Below are positions 19,101 to 28,810 of a DNA stretch of 64,000 nucleotides, piece after piece (positions within the stretch are counted from its first letter, which is position 1; every line of letters begins with the position of its first letter). Made by a program: the position numbers and the translations under genes. Source of the DNA: an uncultured Verrucomicrobiae bacterium (GTDB taxonomy: Bacteria > Verrucomicrobiota > Verrucomicrobiia > Chthoniobacterales > UBA10450); assembly GCA_963756875.1 (NCBI GenBank), contig CAVWPA010000003.1:1120001-1184000 (forward strand). The letters run 5' to 3'. Under the pieces are notes generated by a model that was given only the letters and a program-made list of their open reading frames with translations, did not search any database and was not told where the DNA came from.

Positions 19101-19579
19101 ATCATACGCGAGCGGAAAACAACCCTTGGCCTCGTATTTTCCCACGTCATCACGAGGTTGTTCGGTCCCATGCGATCCGAGATGTCGTCGCGATGAAGAG
19201 TAGCCGAGGTGGTCAGGCGTTTTGGCGGGCCGCCTTCCGCCGGCATGACGTAAACTTCTGTGTTGCCGTCATAATGCGACGTGAACGCGAGCTGCGTTCC
19301 GTCGGGTGAGAAACGTGGGAATGAAGCGTAGCCGGGGCCGCTGGTTAACCTGCGCGCGGTGCCGCCATCCTTGCCAACTGTATAAAGCTGGCCCGCATAA
19401 CAAAAAACGATTTGGCGCCCATTGGTCGTGGGAAACCGGAGCAGACGCGTGGTGTCGGGCAGTTTTTGCGCGGACACAGTTGCAAAGGGCAAAAGGCTTG
19501 ATGCAAGCAGCGAAAAGACGAGCGCGACGCATGGTCGAGAAGGCAAGGTAATCATGGAGAAAAGCAAGCTGATGTTCAT
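16139..19579 (-). CDS. Tricorn-type S41 family protease
   Basis: PD40/WSPD propeller repeats, PDZ domain, GELNNSH, DVRGNGGG, catalytic FSASDGD, GKRTWGG; exact start uncertain. Confidence 0.92.
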   Translation of the reverse strand: MNISLLFSMITLPSRPCVALVFSLLASSLLPFATVSAQKLPDTTRLLRFPTTNGRQIVFCYAGQLYTVGKDGGTARRLTSGPGYASFPRFSPDGTQLAFTSHYDGNTEVYVMPAEGGPPKRLTTSATLHRDDISDRMGPNNLVMTWENTRPRVVFRSRMISFNDFNGQLYTVGMDSDLPQQLPVPRGGFVSFSPDDSKMAFNRVFREFRTWKHYRGGMTDDVWIYDFKTAATENLTNDPAQDICPMWGPDNHVYFLSDRDGRMNLFSIDLKNKATKQLTTFKDFDIKFPSIGKDSIVFEQAGYIWRYDLANGQTTVLPIKIEEDFASGRSELVDASKHIESVHPAPDGERVIVVARGDLFSVPAKHGTPRDLTRTSNAHERDAIWSPDGKWIAYNSDATGENELYIRSQDGKGEPQQVTSGANTYYYYAVWSPDSKKLLWSDRLQRLRYVDIASKAVTDVDHDKYGEIQAYAWSPDSQWITWARPEENNLNRVYLYSTGTKQQVPVTDTWYDASNPVFSDDGKYLLLSSARDFKPTFGEEEFENVYRDMERVYLVTLAKETESPLGPRSDEVGKAEKKKEQEKKAEEQKTEKKTGEKKATADKKKTEKKETEQKKPVVVKVDTDGVQDRIVGLEITPGNYKDIRMVDDRIFYLRHTVGDETGENQEDLFGQEEKQHLCVYNLEDRKEAVLGDVNGYEITADGKKMLLKIKKDYSIIDLPKDKLETKDHELKLSGLDMQLDRHAEWKQIYFEAWRQMRDFFYSPTMNGVDWKAMRDKYAALLPFVNHRNDLTYLLGELIGELNNSHTYVVGGERPKAPRVKLGLLGAEFSRDQSTRAYRIDRILPGENWDEHTRSPLTAIGVNVKVGDYILAINGIPVSTLPNIYDALIDTAGKQVILRVNSKPTEAGARDVTVVPIDDESPLYYLAWVRKNIDEVNKKTGGEVGYVHIPDMGQPGLDEFTKLYFPQIHKKGLIVDVRGNGGGFVSPLVIERLRRALIMVEIARNGVPQTNPPQTFIGPMVALIDEFSASDGDIFPYRFKSLGLGKLIGKRTWGGVIGIRNPLPLTDGGQFFKPEFAPYSKKGKEWIIEGHGVDPDIMVDNDPAKEFRGEDQQLDRAIQEIQKEMKTKGYELPPVPPFPNRNPAKNS

Positions 19580-19729
19580 TGTGCCGGATGCAAGATCGAA
19601 ATTATCGTGTGCCACACGTTAGATGTCAGACATCCATCGTTCGATTGTCGTTTAATCCCTTTATGGTCTCAAGCCTCCAGCGAATCAGGAGCGTGAAATC
19701 CGGAAAGCGATTATAGTGTTTTTCCCTGG

Positions 19730-20602
19730 ATGAAAAGGACGCACAAACCGATTTCCCTTCGTTCTGGTCAGATCGAGTTTCTCAAGGTCAACACCGAGTG
19801 GGAATGGCGCGACATGTACCAATGGCTGCTGGGGTTGAGTTGGCCGCAATTCGCTGCGTTCGTTGCCGGTATTTACATTGCGCTGAACCTGGTTTTCGCC
19901 GCCCTCTACACTCTGGGCGGAGATTGCGTGGCGGGGATGACCCGCGGCTCTTTTTCGGACGCCTTCTTCTTCAGCGTGCAAACTCTGGCCACTGTCGGCT
20001 ACGGCCACATGTACCCGAGTAATCTTTACGGTCACATTGTTACTACCGTCGAAATCATGAGCGGCCTGTTTTTGCTCGCCGTCATGACCGGACTCATTTT
20101 CGTTCGCTTTTCGCGGCCGACCGCAAGGATTTTGTTCAGCCGATCGGCTGTGATCGCGCCATTGAACGGACGGCCTACCCTGATGGTGCGCATTGGCAAC
20201 CTGCGCCAGCAGAGCATGGTCGAGTCCGAATTCCGAATCATGTTCATGCGCGATGAGCCGTTGCTGGAAGGCGGCGATTTCAGGCACTTTTACAACCTAA
20301 AACTTCAGTTCGATCGGTTGATCACGTTTCCGGCCGCGCTCACGCTCCGGCACGTTATTGACGAGCAAAGCCCGTTTTATGGCGCGACGCCAGAATTGCT
20401 GGAGAGCAGTCGTGCCGTACTCGTCGCTTCAGTCGTCGGCACCGATCCGGTGATCCCTGCATCAGTGCAGACGCAACAGGATTATACGTGGCGCGATATT
20501 CGCTGGGGCGAGCGCTTCGTCGAAATTTACACGGAGCATGGCGACGGGAGGCTTACCGTCGATTACGGTCGCCTTCACGATACGGAACCCGCGGAGTTGT
20601 AA
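19730..20602 (+). CDS. Inward-rectifier potassium channel (KirBac)
   Basis: FFFSVQTLATVGYG selectivity filter; RFSRP, PTLMVRIGN. Confidence 0.92.
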   Translation: MKRTHKPISLRSGQIEFLKVNTEWEWRDMYQWLLGLSWPQFAAFVAGIYIALNLVFAALYTLGGDCVAGMTRGSFSDAFFFSVQTLATVGYGHMYPSNLYGHIVTTVEIMSGLFLLAVMTGLIFVRFSRPTARILFSRSAVIAPLNGRPTLMVRIGNLRQQSMVESEFRIMFMRDEPLLEGGDFRHFYNLKLQFDRLITFPAALTLRHVIDEQSPFYGATPELLESSRAVLVASVVGTDPVIPASVQTQQDYTWRDIRWGERFVEIYTEHGDGRLTVDYGRLHDTEPAEL

Positions 20603-20704
20603 AAGATCCATATTCGTCGCGGCTCCGATTCGGATTTCCCGTCCGGGATTCGACGACGAGAACGATGTTGAATCCGTACGCCGCGTTAGCGCATCCTACT
20701 GGAT

Positions 20705-21367
20705 ATGAGCGATCAACCCGCAGTTCGCCCCAAAATTTCACCGATCACGTGGCTCGGTCTTTTCATTGCACTGTTTGGAATGCTGGTTGCCCGGCAGGCG
20801 GTTTCCTATTTTCTGCCGGCGCTGACGTTTACTTCCTCGCTTTGGAAAGAGTTGCCTATGTGGCTGCTCGCTATCGCCTTGTTGTTCATTATCCGGCGCG
20901 GCGAACGTCTGCCGTTGAGTTCGGTTGGCATCGGCACATCGAAGTGGTGGAAATCGATTTTGTGGGGATTGGTTATCACTGCTGTTTGCTTTCTCCTGGG
21001 CGGCGTGATCATCCATTTCACGCATTTCAATGGCGGTCCCCTGGGAAAAGCATTCGCAAAGCTGCCACTTTGGCTAATCACGCTGATTGTGGTCCGCGCC
21101 GGCGTGGTCGAGGAATTATTTTATCGCGGATATTCCATCGAGCGGCTTCAGGCCCTCGGACTCAATCGCTATCTGGCCGCCGGCATTCCGTTACTTATCT
21201 TCGGCTTCGGACATTGGACCGGCGGCTGGACAAACGTTCTCATTGCGCTCGTGCTCGGGGCCGTGTTTTGCGTGTTCTACCTTTGGCGCCGCGATCTGGT
21301 TTCCAACATAATCGCCCATTTCCTCGTCGATTTTATCAGCAACGTGGTACCGCGACTGTTCTCATAG
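20705..21367 (+). CDS. CPBP/CAAX intramembrane metalloprotease
   Basis: EELFYRG, FGFGH, IIAHFLVD. Confidence 0.88.
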   Translation: MSDQPAVRPKISPITWLGLFIALFGMLVARQAVSYFLPALTFTSSLWKELPMWLLAIALLFIIRRGERLPLSSVGIGTSKWWKSILWGLVITAVCFLLGGVIIHFTHFNGGPLGKAFAKLPLWLITLIVVRAGVVEELFYRGYSIERLQALGLNRYLAAGIPLLIFGFGHWTGGWTNVLIALVLGAVFCVFYLWRRDLVSNIIAHFLVDFISNVVPRLFS

Positions 21368-21440
21368 CACTCGTTGTCGGAATCGGGACGCCCGCCTTCG
21401 CCCGGCCACGGCGCCGCAGGCTGAGGCCCCCACATTTCGT

Positions 21441-22820
21441 TCACGACGCAGCCGCGCTGCCCGGGACCAGTGTTTCCATTTCTTCGAACGCGAGCTTTAA
21501 ACGCAACTCGCGCCGGAGCAGCCAAAGATTGATACAGGCCTGAAGAACCTGTGACGCGACCGACAGATACCAGACATATTTGATCTCGAATCCGGGCGTG
21601 CGCGCAAGCAGCAAGGCTGGCAAGGCAAAGAGGAACAAGCGGGTCATCGAGCTGAGAAGCGGCGGCAAAGTATTGCCAATTCCCTGGAACACGCTCGAAC
21701 TGGTAAACACAACTCCAGCGGCCACGAAATTGAATGCCACGATCCTGAGATAATCGCTGCCGAAGGCAATGACTCGCGGGTCGCGTGAAAAACCGCGAAT
21801 CATCAGCGGCGCCGCGAACCAGGTGATCACCGTGAGCACGAACATCGTCAGCGATGCAATCCCGATCGCCGAATACACGGAACGACGAACGCGATCGCCA
21901 TGGCGTCCGCCGAAGTTTTGGCCAACTACCGGAGAAACGGCAAAGCTGAGTGCCACAATCGGTAGAAACGCTGCCTGCATCACGCGCGCTCCGATGCCGA
22001 ATCCCGCCTGGGCCGCTGGGCCAAACCCGCGAATAATCCCGTAAACGATCATGATGTAAACGAAGAGGAGCACAAACTCCGCACCCGCCGGCACTCCGAT
22101 GCGCAGCATCGCCCACCAGATTTTTGGTCGCGGAGAAAAAAGCAGAAAGCGAAACCGCAGATAATGATATTTTCTCTCGAAGTAGATCACCATCAGCACG
22201 TCCGCGACCAGGATGGAAATGAAAGTGGCGAGCGCCGCTCCGGTCACTCCCATTCTGGGCCACGGCCCAATCCCGAAGATTAAGAACGGAGCCAGCACCA
22301 TGTTGAGCACCACGCTGAGCACCTGAAAACCGACGGCCGGCTTGATGATTCCCGTCGCACGCAACGCCGATCCCAGTGCGATCAATGGAAACTGCAGGAC
22401 CATAGCCGGAATGAACCAAAGCAGATAACTCTTCGCTAGCGCCGCTGTGAGCGCGTCTGCGCTCAACGATTCGCAATACGGATTCCGCGCGAGAAATCCC
22501 AAAAATCCCAGAGCCAATCCCACCAGGATGGACATGACGAAGGATTGGTTGAAGACCAACTCGGCGCGAGGTTGGTCCTTTTTCCCGGTAGCATGCGAGA
22601 TCAGCGTCGTCGTTCCTACGCCCAGCATTTGCGTTAGCGCCAGGACGATCATGGTCAGGCTGCCGGCCACGCCGACCGCCGCGATCGCCTCCTTCCCAAG
22701 ATGCCCAACCCAGAAAAGGTCGGCCAGGAGGTAGAGCGTTTGCACCAGCATGCTCGCAGCCAGGAACGCCGACATGTGCAGAAGGTGTTTCGTTACCGAT
22801 CCCTGCGTCAGGTCTTTCAT
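21441..22820 (-). CDS. MATE family efflux transporter
   Basis: DLTQGSV, ADLFWVGHLG, MGVTGAALAT, VGQNFG; about 12 TM segments. Confidence 0.92.
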   Translation of the reverse strand: MKDLTQGSVTKHLLHMSAFLAASMLVQTLYLLADLFWVGHLGKEAIAAVGVAGSLTMIVLALTQMLGVGTTTLISHATGKKDQPRAELVFNQSFVMSILVGLALGFLGFLARNPYCESLSADALTAALAKSYLLWFIPAMVLQFPLIALGSALRATGIIKPAVGFQVLSVVLNMVLAPFLIFGIGPWPRMGVTGAALATFISILVADVLMVIYFERKYHYLRFRFLLFSPRPKIWWAMLRIGVPAGAEFVLLFVYIMIVYGIIRGFGPAAQAGFGIGARVMQAAFLPIVALSFAVSPVVGQNFGGRHGDRVRRSVYSAIGIASLTMFVLTVITWFAAPLMIRGFSRDPRVIAFGSDYLRIVAFNFVAAGVVFTSSSVFQGIGNTLPPLLSSMTRLFLFALPALLLARTPGFEIKYVWYLSVASQVLQACINLWLLRRELRLKLAFEEMETLVPGSAAAS

Positions 22821-22877
22821 GTGCGCTCCGCGTTTGGCGTCGGATGTTCGCCGGTTGGCCGGTGTCCCGTCAACCCC

Positions 22878-23828
22878 TCAAGTTGCTTCCTGTGCAACGG
22901 CCTGCGCCCTTTGCACCATTGCCACCGCCGCCATCAAAACGATTCCCGCGGCGACCTGATGCGGTTGAAGTGTGGCGTGGAAAAAACCCCAGGTGATGCA
23001 CACGGCCGCAAGCGTTTGCATCATTTCGAAGTAACCCGCCGTCGAGGCGCGTGTGAGCCGTAGTCCCTCAAAATAAATCAAAAGTGGAACACCGCCCGAA
23101 ATCGAAGCAAGCAGGAGCAAGGCGATAATAGCAGTGCCGGGGTGTGCCTGCGCGGTTGCCGGCCAAAGCGCGCTCGACCGAAAATTCCCGTAGACCAGGA
23201 GAATAACCGTCATGCAAACGAGCCCCACCACAATACGCAGACTCGAGGCCAGCCGCAGCGACATGCCGGTCATCACACCGCGGCCGGCGACAGTCGAAAG
23301 TCCCCAAAAGAGCGCGCAGATCAGCGCGTAGCCGGTTCCGAGGTTCAATCCCGCCTTCTGAAACGAAACGCCGATCAATGTCGGGTGTTCCACGGACAGA
23401 AAAATACCGGCGACGATCGCAATGCTTGCGTAGAGAAAAAAGCGGGGGGTTAAACGGTCGCCGAAAAGCAGGAACGCGCCCAGGGTGGAGATCACCGGTT
23501 GAATGTTCAGGATGACGTTTACGACTGTCGGGTTGCCGTTTTTCAGGGCCAGGGTAAAGAAAACCGTCCCAACGGCAGAGCCCGCGAAGCCCGAGAACAA
23601 CAGGTAACCCCATGTGGACGGTGCAATCCTGCGCACTTCTCCGAGTCGCGGAATCAGGAGCGGAAGAAACATCAGCAGAATCAGCACGTGCTCCCAGAAC
23701 ACGATCACTTGCGCATCGAAAAGTTTGTTGAGCGGAATACGCCATGCGCTTTCCGTTCCCCAGAGGGCGGCGCCGAGTCCGACCAGCCATGGCCCGTAGC
23801 TTGCGCGGGCCTCGTCGCCTTTTGTCAT
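22878..23828 (-). CDS. EamA/DMT family transporter
   Basis: Ten TM segments in two EamA-like halves; start at MTKGD (alternative ATG 23849 lies inside the MITE end). Confidence 0.88.
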   Translation of the reverse strand: MTKGDEARASYGPWLVGLGAALWGTESAWRIPLNKLFDAQVIVFWEHVLILLMFLPLLIPRLGEVRRIAPSTWGYLLFSGFAGSAVGTVFFTLALKNGNPTVVNVILNIQPVISTLGAFLLFGDRLTPRFFLYASIAIVAGIFLSVEHPTLIGVSFQKAGLNLGTGYALICALFWGLSTVAGRGVMTGMSLRLASSLRIVVGLVCMTVILLVYGNFRSSALWPATAQAHPGTAIIALLLLASISGGVPLLIYFEGLRLTRASTAGYFEMMQTLAAVCITWGFFHATLQPHQVAAGIVLMAAVAMVQRAQAVAQEAT

Positions 23829-23840
23829 GCGAACGGTCTT

Positions 23841-24018
23841 AGAAGCCATCCCATAAATAGGAGTTGGTCGCGCTCTTTGGGTGGCGTCACTTTTGGGCTT
23901 GAATTGCGTCGCTCCTCGGTCACAGATCCATTCGGATATGCTTTGTCGTCGCGCCTTGTTCAAACCAAAAATCGAACAGCCGCGTGGCCCAACCCCATCT
24001 ATTTATGAGATGGCTTCT
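23841..24018. mobile_element. Non-autonomous miniature inverted-repeat element (178 bp)
   Basis: AGAAGCCATCCCATAAATAG (23841-23860) and CTATTTATGAGATGGCTTCT (23999-24018) are 19/20 inverted repeats; no ORF inside. Confidence 0.75.
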
Positions 24019-24078
24019 GGCGTTCGCATGGCGCTACGCCAACAACGTAATCGCGCTGGGTGGCCGGCGACCCGCGAT

Positions 24079-24561
24079 TTACTTCGTGGCCACGTCGGCT
24101 GCGCAGATCTCCCGGGCGAGCCCGCGGGCTTCCTCTTCGAGGCCGCCGAATGTGAACTTGGCGCAGGTGCGACGGTCTCGGAGATATTGCTGCACCCACT
24201 GCTCGAGGCCGCCGCTTCGTTCGCATTGGGCCACATGCACAAACTGATGCAGGAGCAGCTCACGGTCTCCCCAGCAATCGGCACGGATGATGATTGCATG
24301 ACCGACAGCGACGCCGCGGGAAGCGTCTGTGATGATTTGCGCGCGGCGCGCGGCGTTCGCAAGGTCCTTGTTCTCAGGCAGCGAAATTCGATCGACAACC
24401 AGCACCCTGATCCGGGCGCAATCCCGAACCCCGGCCAGGCAGGCGTCGGTAAAGTGTTGAGGCCCTAATGACGCGCCGGTGGCCAGGACGAATTCCTCCT
24501 GCGCCCTGGCCCATTGGTAAGCAAGCGGCAAAAGGTGTTCGAATGTCTCCGGATCGATCAT
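24079..24561 (-). CDS. Hypothetical zincin-like (DUF4157-like) protein
   Basis: LLLHQFVHVAQ...LEEEA. Confidence 0.7.
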   Translation of the reverse strand: MIDPETFEHLLPLAYQWARAQEEFVLATGASLGPQHFTDACLAGVRDCARIRVLVVDRISLPENKDLANAARRAQIITDASRGVAVGHAIIIRADCWGDRELLLHQFVHVAQCERSGGLEQWVQQYLRDRRTCAKFTFGGLEEEARGLAREICAADVATK

Positions 24562-24668
24562 CGCGGCGGGAAGGGAAAACTGATAACGACCAAAAATAGC
24601 AAAAGCCGTGCAAAACCGGATAACAGATACCTGGTAAAATTAAATCCCCGGCGGGTGCCCGATACCTG

Positions 24669-24890
24669 TCATGGCCGCCCGGGAAAACGCTTCATCAGTT
24701 CCTGACGAATCTCCATGGCGAGCTTGGGAGTCAGGCGGCTGAGGGTCAATTCCCGGCGCTCGGGGTTCATGGCCGCCAACTCGCGCACAATCTTGTCGCG
24801 GGTTTTCATTTTTGCGTGCTGACTCCACCCGATGCCGATCGCGATCAGCGCGGAGATGGTCCATACGGCGATATCGACGCCCGTGATCAT
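24669..24890 (-). CDS. Small hypothetical membrane protein
   Basis: N-terminal TM segment followed by a helical tail. Confidence 0.65.
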   Translation of the reverse strand: MITGVDIAVWTISALIAIGIGWSQHAKMKTRDKIVRELAAMNPERRELTLSRLTPKLAMEIRQELMKRFPGRP

Positions 24891-24945
24891 GTTGATTCGT
24901 TAAGCCATTAGACTGTTAAATCATTAAAGCGAAGGGTGGAAGACA

Positions 24946-25845
24946 TTAGAGCGCTTCGGGATGGTATTTTTTCCAGTAACGCAGCGAAGCGGTGACAGCC
25001 ATGTGGCTCGGGTCGGCTGCCTCGTAGCCTTGCACTTCGTCGTTGGTCGCTCCGCCTGCGCGAAGTTCGGCATGTTCGTATTCGGCAAATTCAGGAATTA
25101 ATCCGGCTTCGTCTCGGCCGGCCTGTATTTTTTGTCGGAACCATTCCGACCAGCGCCTTACGCATTCGTCCAAGGCATCGAGATGATCGGCAACTGAGTC
25201 TTTGATTGTTCCGAAGTGCGGAAGGTAAAGGGTCGCCGCATTTAGCGCGCGCATTTTTGCAATCGACTCGAGCCACGATTCGATGTGCAGCTCGGGCGGG
25301 ACAAATGGCGGAATGGGCGGACCATTGCCGATGCGGACACCGGCGATGTCGCCACCGAACAGGTTTTCCTCCCAGTGATAGACGTGATGATGACTGGCGT
25401 GGCCAGGGGTGGCGATGGCGCGGATTTCAAACGGCGGAACGCGGATGACATCGTTGTCCTGCAGAATTTTGACGTGCTCTTCGGAGACCGGCGCAATCGT
25501 GCCCCAAAGGCGTTGCATGTCGTTGCCAAAAATTCGGGTGGCGGATTCAATCAGTTTTGAGGGATCGATGAGGTGCGGGGCGCCGCGGGGATGCACGTAG
25601 ATTGTCGCGTTCAATTTCGCAAAACGCCATGCGGCGCCGGCGTGATCGAAATGAATGTGACTGAGAAACACGTGGCGCACGTCTTCGGGTGCGCGTCCAA
25701 TTTCGCGGAGTGCGTTGGCAACGTTGTCGAAGGTCGATTCCGGGCCGGTATCGAAAAGGGCGATACCGTCATTCGTTTCCAGCGCGGTGGCGGCAACGAT
25801 GCCGGCCCGGTCGAGCTGAAGCGTATCCAGAATGTGAATCTTCAA
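24946..25845 (-). CDS. MBL-fold metallo-hydrolase
   Basis: SHIHFDHAG, TPGHASHH, GGD, LPHFG; TTG start inferred. Confidence 0.9.
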   Translation of the reverse strand: MKIHILDTLQLDRAGIVAATALETNDGIALFDTGPESTFDNVANALREIGRAPEDVRHVFLSHIHFDHAGAAWRFAKLNATIYVHPRGAPHLIDPSKLIESATRIFGNDMQRLWGTIAPVSEEHVKILQDNDVIRVPPFEIRAIATPGHASHHHVYHWEENLFGGDIAGVRIGNGPPIPPFVPPELHIESWLESIAKMRALNAATLYLPHFGTIKDSVADHLDALDECVRRWSEWFRQKIQAGRDEAGLIPEFAEYEHAELRAGGATNDEVQGYEAADPSHMAVTASLRYWKKYHPEAL

Positions 25846-25957
25846 GTTGAACGGCCTTTCGAGATTGCCACCATGTGAGTTCCTTTGGGAATGACGAAGC
25901 CGTCGCCTTTGGGGTAACGACGCAAAGGCGTCGTCCATCGGCAAAAACGCTTGCCCG

Positions 25958-26554
25958 TCACCTGCGCGCCGGCAGCAGCGTTTTTCGTAACACCAGCGCG
26001 GTGACGAGCCCGACGCACAAGAATCCGATGAGCTGGATGGAAATGTAACTCGCGGTGTAAATGCCCGGGAAACCGTACCAGTTCCAGTAGGGAATGTTTG
26101 TCGCAATAGAGGCGAGGATTCCCGTCACAAAAATAAAACCGACCCGGCCGCCGAAACCGCCGATCGTGGTTTGAGCAAGCAGCCAGACTGCAAGGATTGC
26201 CTCGATCAGCTCGGTAACAAATTCGATCCCTAAAAAGCGGCCCATGGCGAATTGTCGTCCCGGTGGGTGATACATAAGCAACCCGGACGGGTTCGCTCCG
26301 ATTTTTTCGCCCATTTGCTTCATTGCTTCGCTCTTTTGCTGCCGGGTTGGGTTCGGTCCGACGCCGAGACCCGGGAAATAGTAAAGCCCAGGGGCGTTGC
26401 CGATGCTGGATTGCATCGCTGAAAGGACGGCAGATTCGTTTGGAATCTCTTTGATACCGGCATCGCCCAATGGAAGCACCATGTGCGCGATCGAGGTCCA
26501 GATAAACATAACGATTCCGCCGAGAACGCCTGCGAAGAAAATGCGTGTGGTCAT
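25958..26554 (-). CDS. Hypothetical integral membrane protein
   Basis: Four hydrophobic segments; PGLYYFPG, YWNWYGFP. Confidence 0.8.
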   Translation of the reverse strand: MTTRIFFAGVLGGIVMFIWTSIAHMVLPLGDAGIKEIPNESAVLSAMQSSIGNAPGLYYFPGLGVGPNPTRQQKSEAMKQMGEKIGANPSGLLMYHPPGRQFAMGRFLGIEFVTELIEAILAVWLLAQTTIGGFGGRVGFIFVTGILASIATNIPYWNWYGFPGIYTASYISIQLIGFLCVGLVTALVLRKTLLPARR

Positions 26555-26649
26555 ACGCCGAATTACAAACGAAACCGGCTGAGCACGGAAGCTAAAACGG
26601 AACCGCTGCGCTGAAGCTCCAAATCAACACTGCTATGAGCGCCCGCGCA

Positions 26650-27405
26650 TCAGCCCATGAAGAAGCCGCCGTTCACGTTCAAGACGTGGCCGGTGATGTA
26701 GCTTGCCATGGGCGAGGTGAGAAAAAGCGCGGCATCGACGATCTCGTTTACGTCGCCGAGCCGGCCGAGCGGGATCTGCTTGATGAAATTCTGCGTTACT
26801 TCGTCCGGCATACCCTTGCTCATACCGACGTCGATGAATCCGGGCGCGATCGCGTTCACGGTGATGTTTTGGCGCGCAAACTCGCGCGCCGACACTTTGG
26901 TCAGGGCGATGATCGCCGCTTTGCTCGATGAATAATTTGCCTGGCCGAACAGGCCCATTTGTCCGCTGACCGAGGAGAGGTTCACGATCCGTCCTCCACC
27001 GCGCAGTATCGCGCCCGCTTTTTGGGTCACGTTGAATGTGCCGATGAGATTTACGCGCACCACGCTTTCGAATTCCTCCAGTGACATCTTTTTGATCGTG
27101 CGATCGCGGATGACGCCCGAGTTGTTGACGAGAATATCGAGGCCGCCGTGCCGCTCCTGGATTTGTTTCATCATCGATTCGACTTGCGCGGGCTGCGTCA
27201 CATCGCACTCGATGACCAGCGGATCCTTCAACTCTTTCGCCACGCGCTCGGCGTCCGCTTTGTTTTGGTTTTGCGGGTCGGCGACGTAATTGACGACACA
27301 CTGGGCGCCGCGCTGGTTGAATGCCTTGATTATTTCCGCACCGATGCCGCGTGAGCTTCCGGTGACGAGGACGATCTTGCCGCTAAAATCGAGAGGGTTG
27401 GTCAT
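26650..27405 (-). CDS. SDR oxidoreductase (FabG/acetoacetyl-CoA reductase-like)
   Basis: TGSSRGIG, NNSG, GQANYSSSK (YxxxK), NAIAPGFI. Confidence 0.92.
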   Translation of the reverse strand: MTNPLDFSGKIVLVTGSSRGIGAEIIKAFNQRGAQCVVNYVADPQNQNKADAERVAKELKDPLVIECDVTQPAQVESMMKQIQERHGGLDILVNNSGVIRDRTIKKMSLEEFESVVRVNLIGTFNVTQKAGAILRGGGRIVNLSSVSGQMGLFGQANYSSSKAAIIALTKVSAREFARQNITVNAIAPGFIDVGMSKGMPDEVTQNFIKQIPLGRLGDVNEIVDAALFLTSPMASYITGHVLNVNGGFFMG

Positions 27406-27534
27406 TTTGCGATTTAACGATTTAACGATTCGCTGATTCAAATCATTTTAAAGCTAAATCACCAAATTGGTGGATTACCCAATAGCTTCGTGATTGCCGG
27501 CTAATAGAACGTGGTAGGATTTTTGGCGTTTTTC

Positions 27535-27604
27535 TGTAGCGGCGCTCTATGAGCGTCGCATAAGCTTTCTTATAAGTTTGCGACGGTCATAGACCGCCGC
27601 TACA
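27535..27604. repeat. GTAG-type REP doublet
   Basis: TGTAGCGGCGCTCTATGAGCGTCGCA...TGCGACGGTCATAGACCGCCGCTACA; same family as 39432 in reverse orientation. Confidence 0.8.
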
Positions 27605-27613
27605 AGATTCTGA

Positions 27614-28810
27614 ATGGCTTCACCGACGCGTATCCTGACCGCCGTTCCCATCTGTGATGGGCACGATAGCGCGATCAATACGATCAATCTCGAATTTATT
27701 CGACACGGCATCGAGGTTGTTTATCTCGGCTATCACCGTTCCGTCGGCGATATCGTCCGTGCCGCAATCCAGGAAGATGTGCGCGCCATCGGCATTTCCA
27801 GTTATAACGGCGGCCATATCGAGTTTTTCGCCGAGGTCGTGAAACAACTGCGCAAACAGGGCGCGTCCGATATCAGAGTTTTCGGCGGCGGCGGTGGCAC
27901 CATTACGCTGGAGGACTCCAAGGCCATGAAACAGAGAGGCGTGGACAAGATTTTCTTTGCCGGGACATCGCTTGCGGAGATGACGGATTATGTTCGCAAA
28001 CATTATGGAAAGCCGCGGAAGAAAAGACCGCGCCCGAAGACGCGCGACATCGCGCTGGCGCATAAACTGAGCGAGATCGAAGACCGATATAGCAGAAGCA
28101 AACGCCGAACGCCCAACCCGCCTTCACGAGGCTACGGCGCGGCAGGCGCCCAACGCCCAACGTCGAAGTCAGCGAGCCGCGTCATAGGGTTTACTGGGCC
28201 TGGCGGAGCGGGTAAGACGACGCTGATTGACGAGCTGGTTCTGCGGTTCCTAACAAAGAAGCCGAAGGCGCGCGTCGCGATCTTGTCGCACGACCCAAGC
28301 GTTGTGGGCGAAGGCGCGCTGTTGGGAGACCGCGCGACAATGATTAATTCCCAAAACGATCGCGTGTTCATGCGCAGCATGGCCACGCGCGGACAAACGG
28401 GCGGACTTTCGCCGGCGACGCAGGATTGTCTCACGCTGCTTGCGCAATCGGGTTTCGATTACCTGATCATCGAAACGGTCGGCACCGGCCAGGAAGCGAT
28501 GCCGTTCAAGAAGAGTGGAATTGTCGATCAAATGGTGCTGGTAATGAATCCGGATTACGGCAGCAGATTGCAATTGCAGAAGATTGTGATGCTCGATCTC
28601 GCCGATATCGTGGTCGTGAACAAGAGCGATCTGCAACGCGCCAAGACGGCGCACACCGAAATCGAGCAGCGCCTCGATCAGAATCGCCGTCAGCAACGCC
28701 TGGTGGACACGGTCGCGAAACGCCACCGCGACGCTGGCGTTGATCGGTTGTTCGATTTAATTTCCGGGAGCGCCAGACCCGAACGCACGAAAGAACGGAG
28801 GAAGAAATGA
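27614..28810 (+). CDS. B12-binding domain + MeaB-like GTPase (N-terminal part of a split IcmF)
   Basis: DGHD, SSYNGGH, FGGGGG; TGPGGAGKT, DPS...ALLGDR, FMRS, IETVG, NKSD. Confidence 0.9.
   Translation: MASPTRILTAVPICDGHDSAINTINLEFIRHGIEVVYLGYHRSVGDIVRAAIQEDVRAIGISSYNGGHIEFFAEVVKQLRKQGASDIRVFGGGGGTITLEDSKAMKQRGVDKIFFAGTSLAEMTDYVRKHYGKPRKKRPRPKTRDIALAHKLSEIEDRYSRSKRRTPNPPSRGYGAAGAQRPTSKSASRVIGFTGPGGAGKTTLIDELVLRFLTKKPKARVAILSHDPSVVGEGALLGDRATMINSQNDRVFMRSMATRGQTGGLSPATQDCLTLLAQSGFDYLIIETVGTGQEAMPFKKSGIVDQMVLVMNPDYGSRLQLQKIVMLDLADIVVVNKSDLQRAKTAHTEIEQRLDQNRRQQRLVDTVAKRHRDAGVDRLFDLISGSARPERTKERRKK

Noticed and set aside
20488..22476. Long alternative-frame ORFs (20488-21543, 21277-22476; also 2780-3697, 5477-6547, 37064-37999, 58048-59067)
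   Set aside because: Shadow ORFs typical of high-GC DNA, overlapping well-supported genes and lacking recognisable motifs.
27406..27613. Possible cobalamin riboswitch upstream of the B12 mutase
   Set aside because: No B12-box or GGGAA core was recognised; the region is explained by an 8-nt tandem repeat and a GTAG REP doublet.
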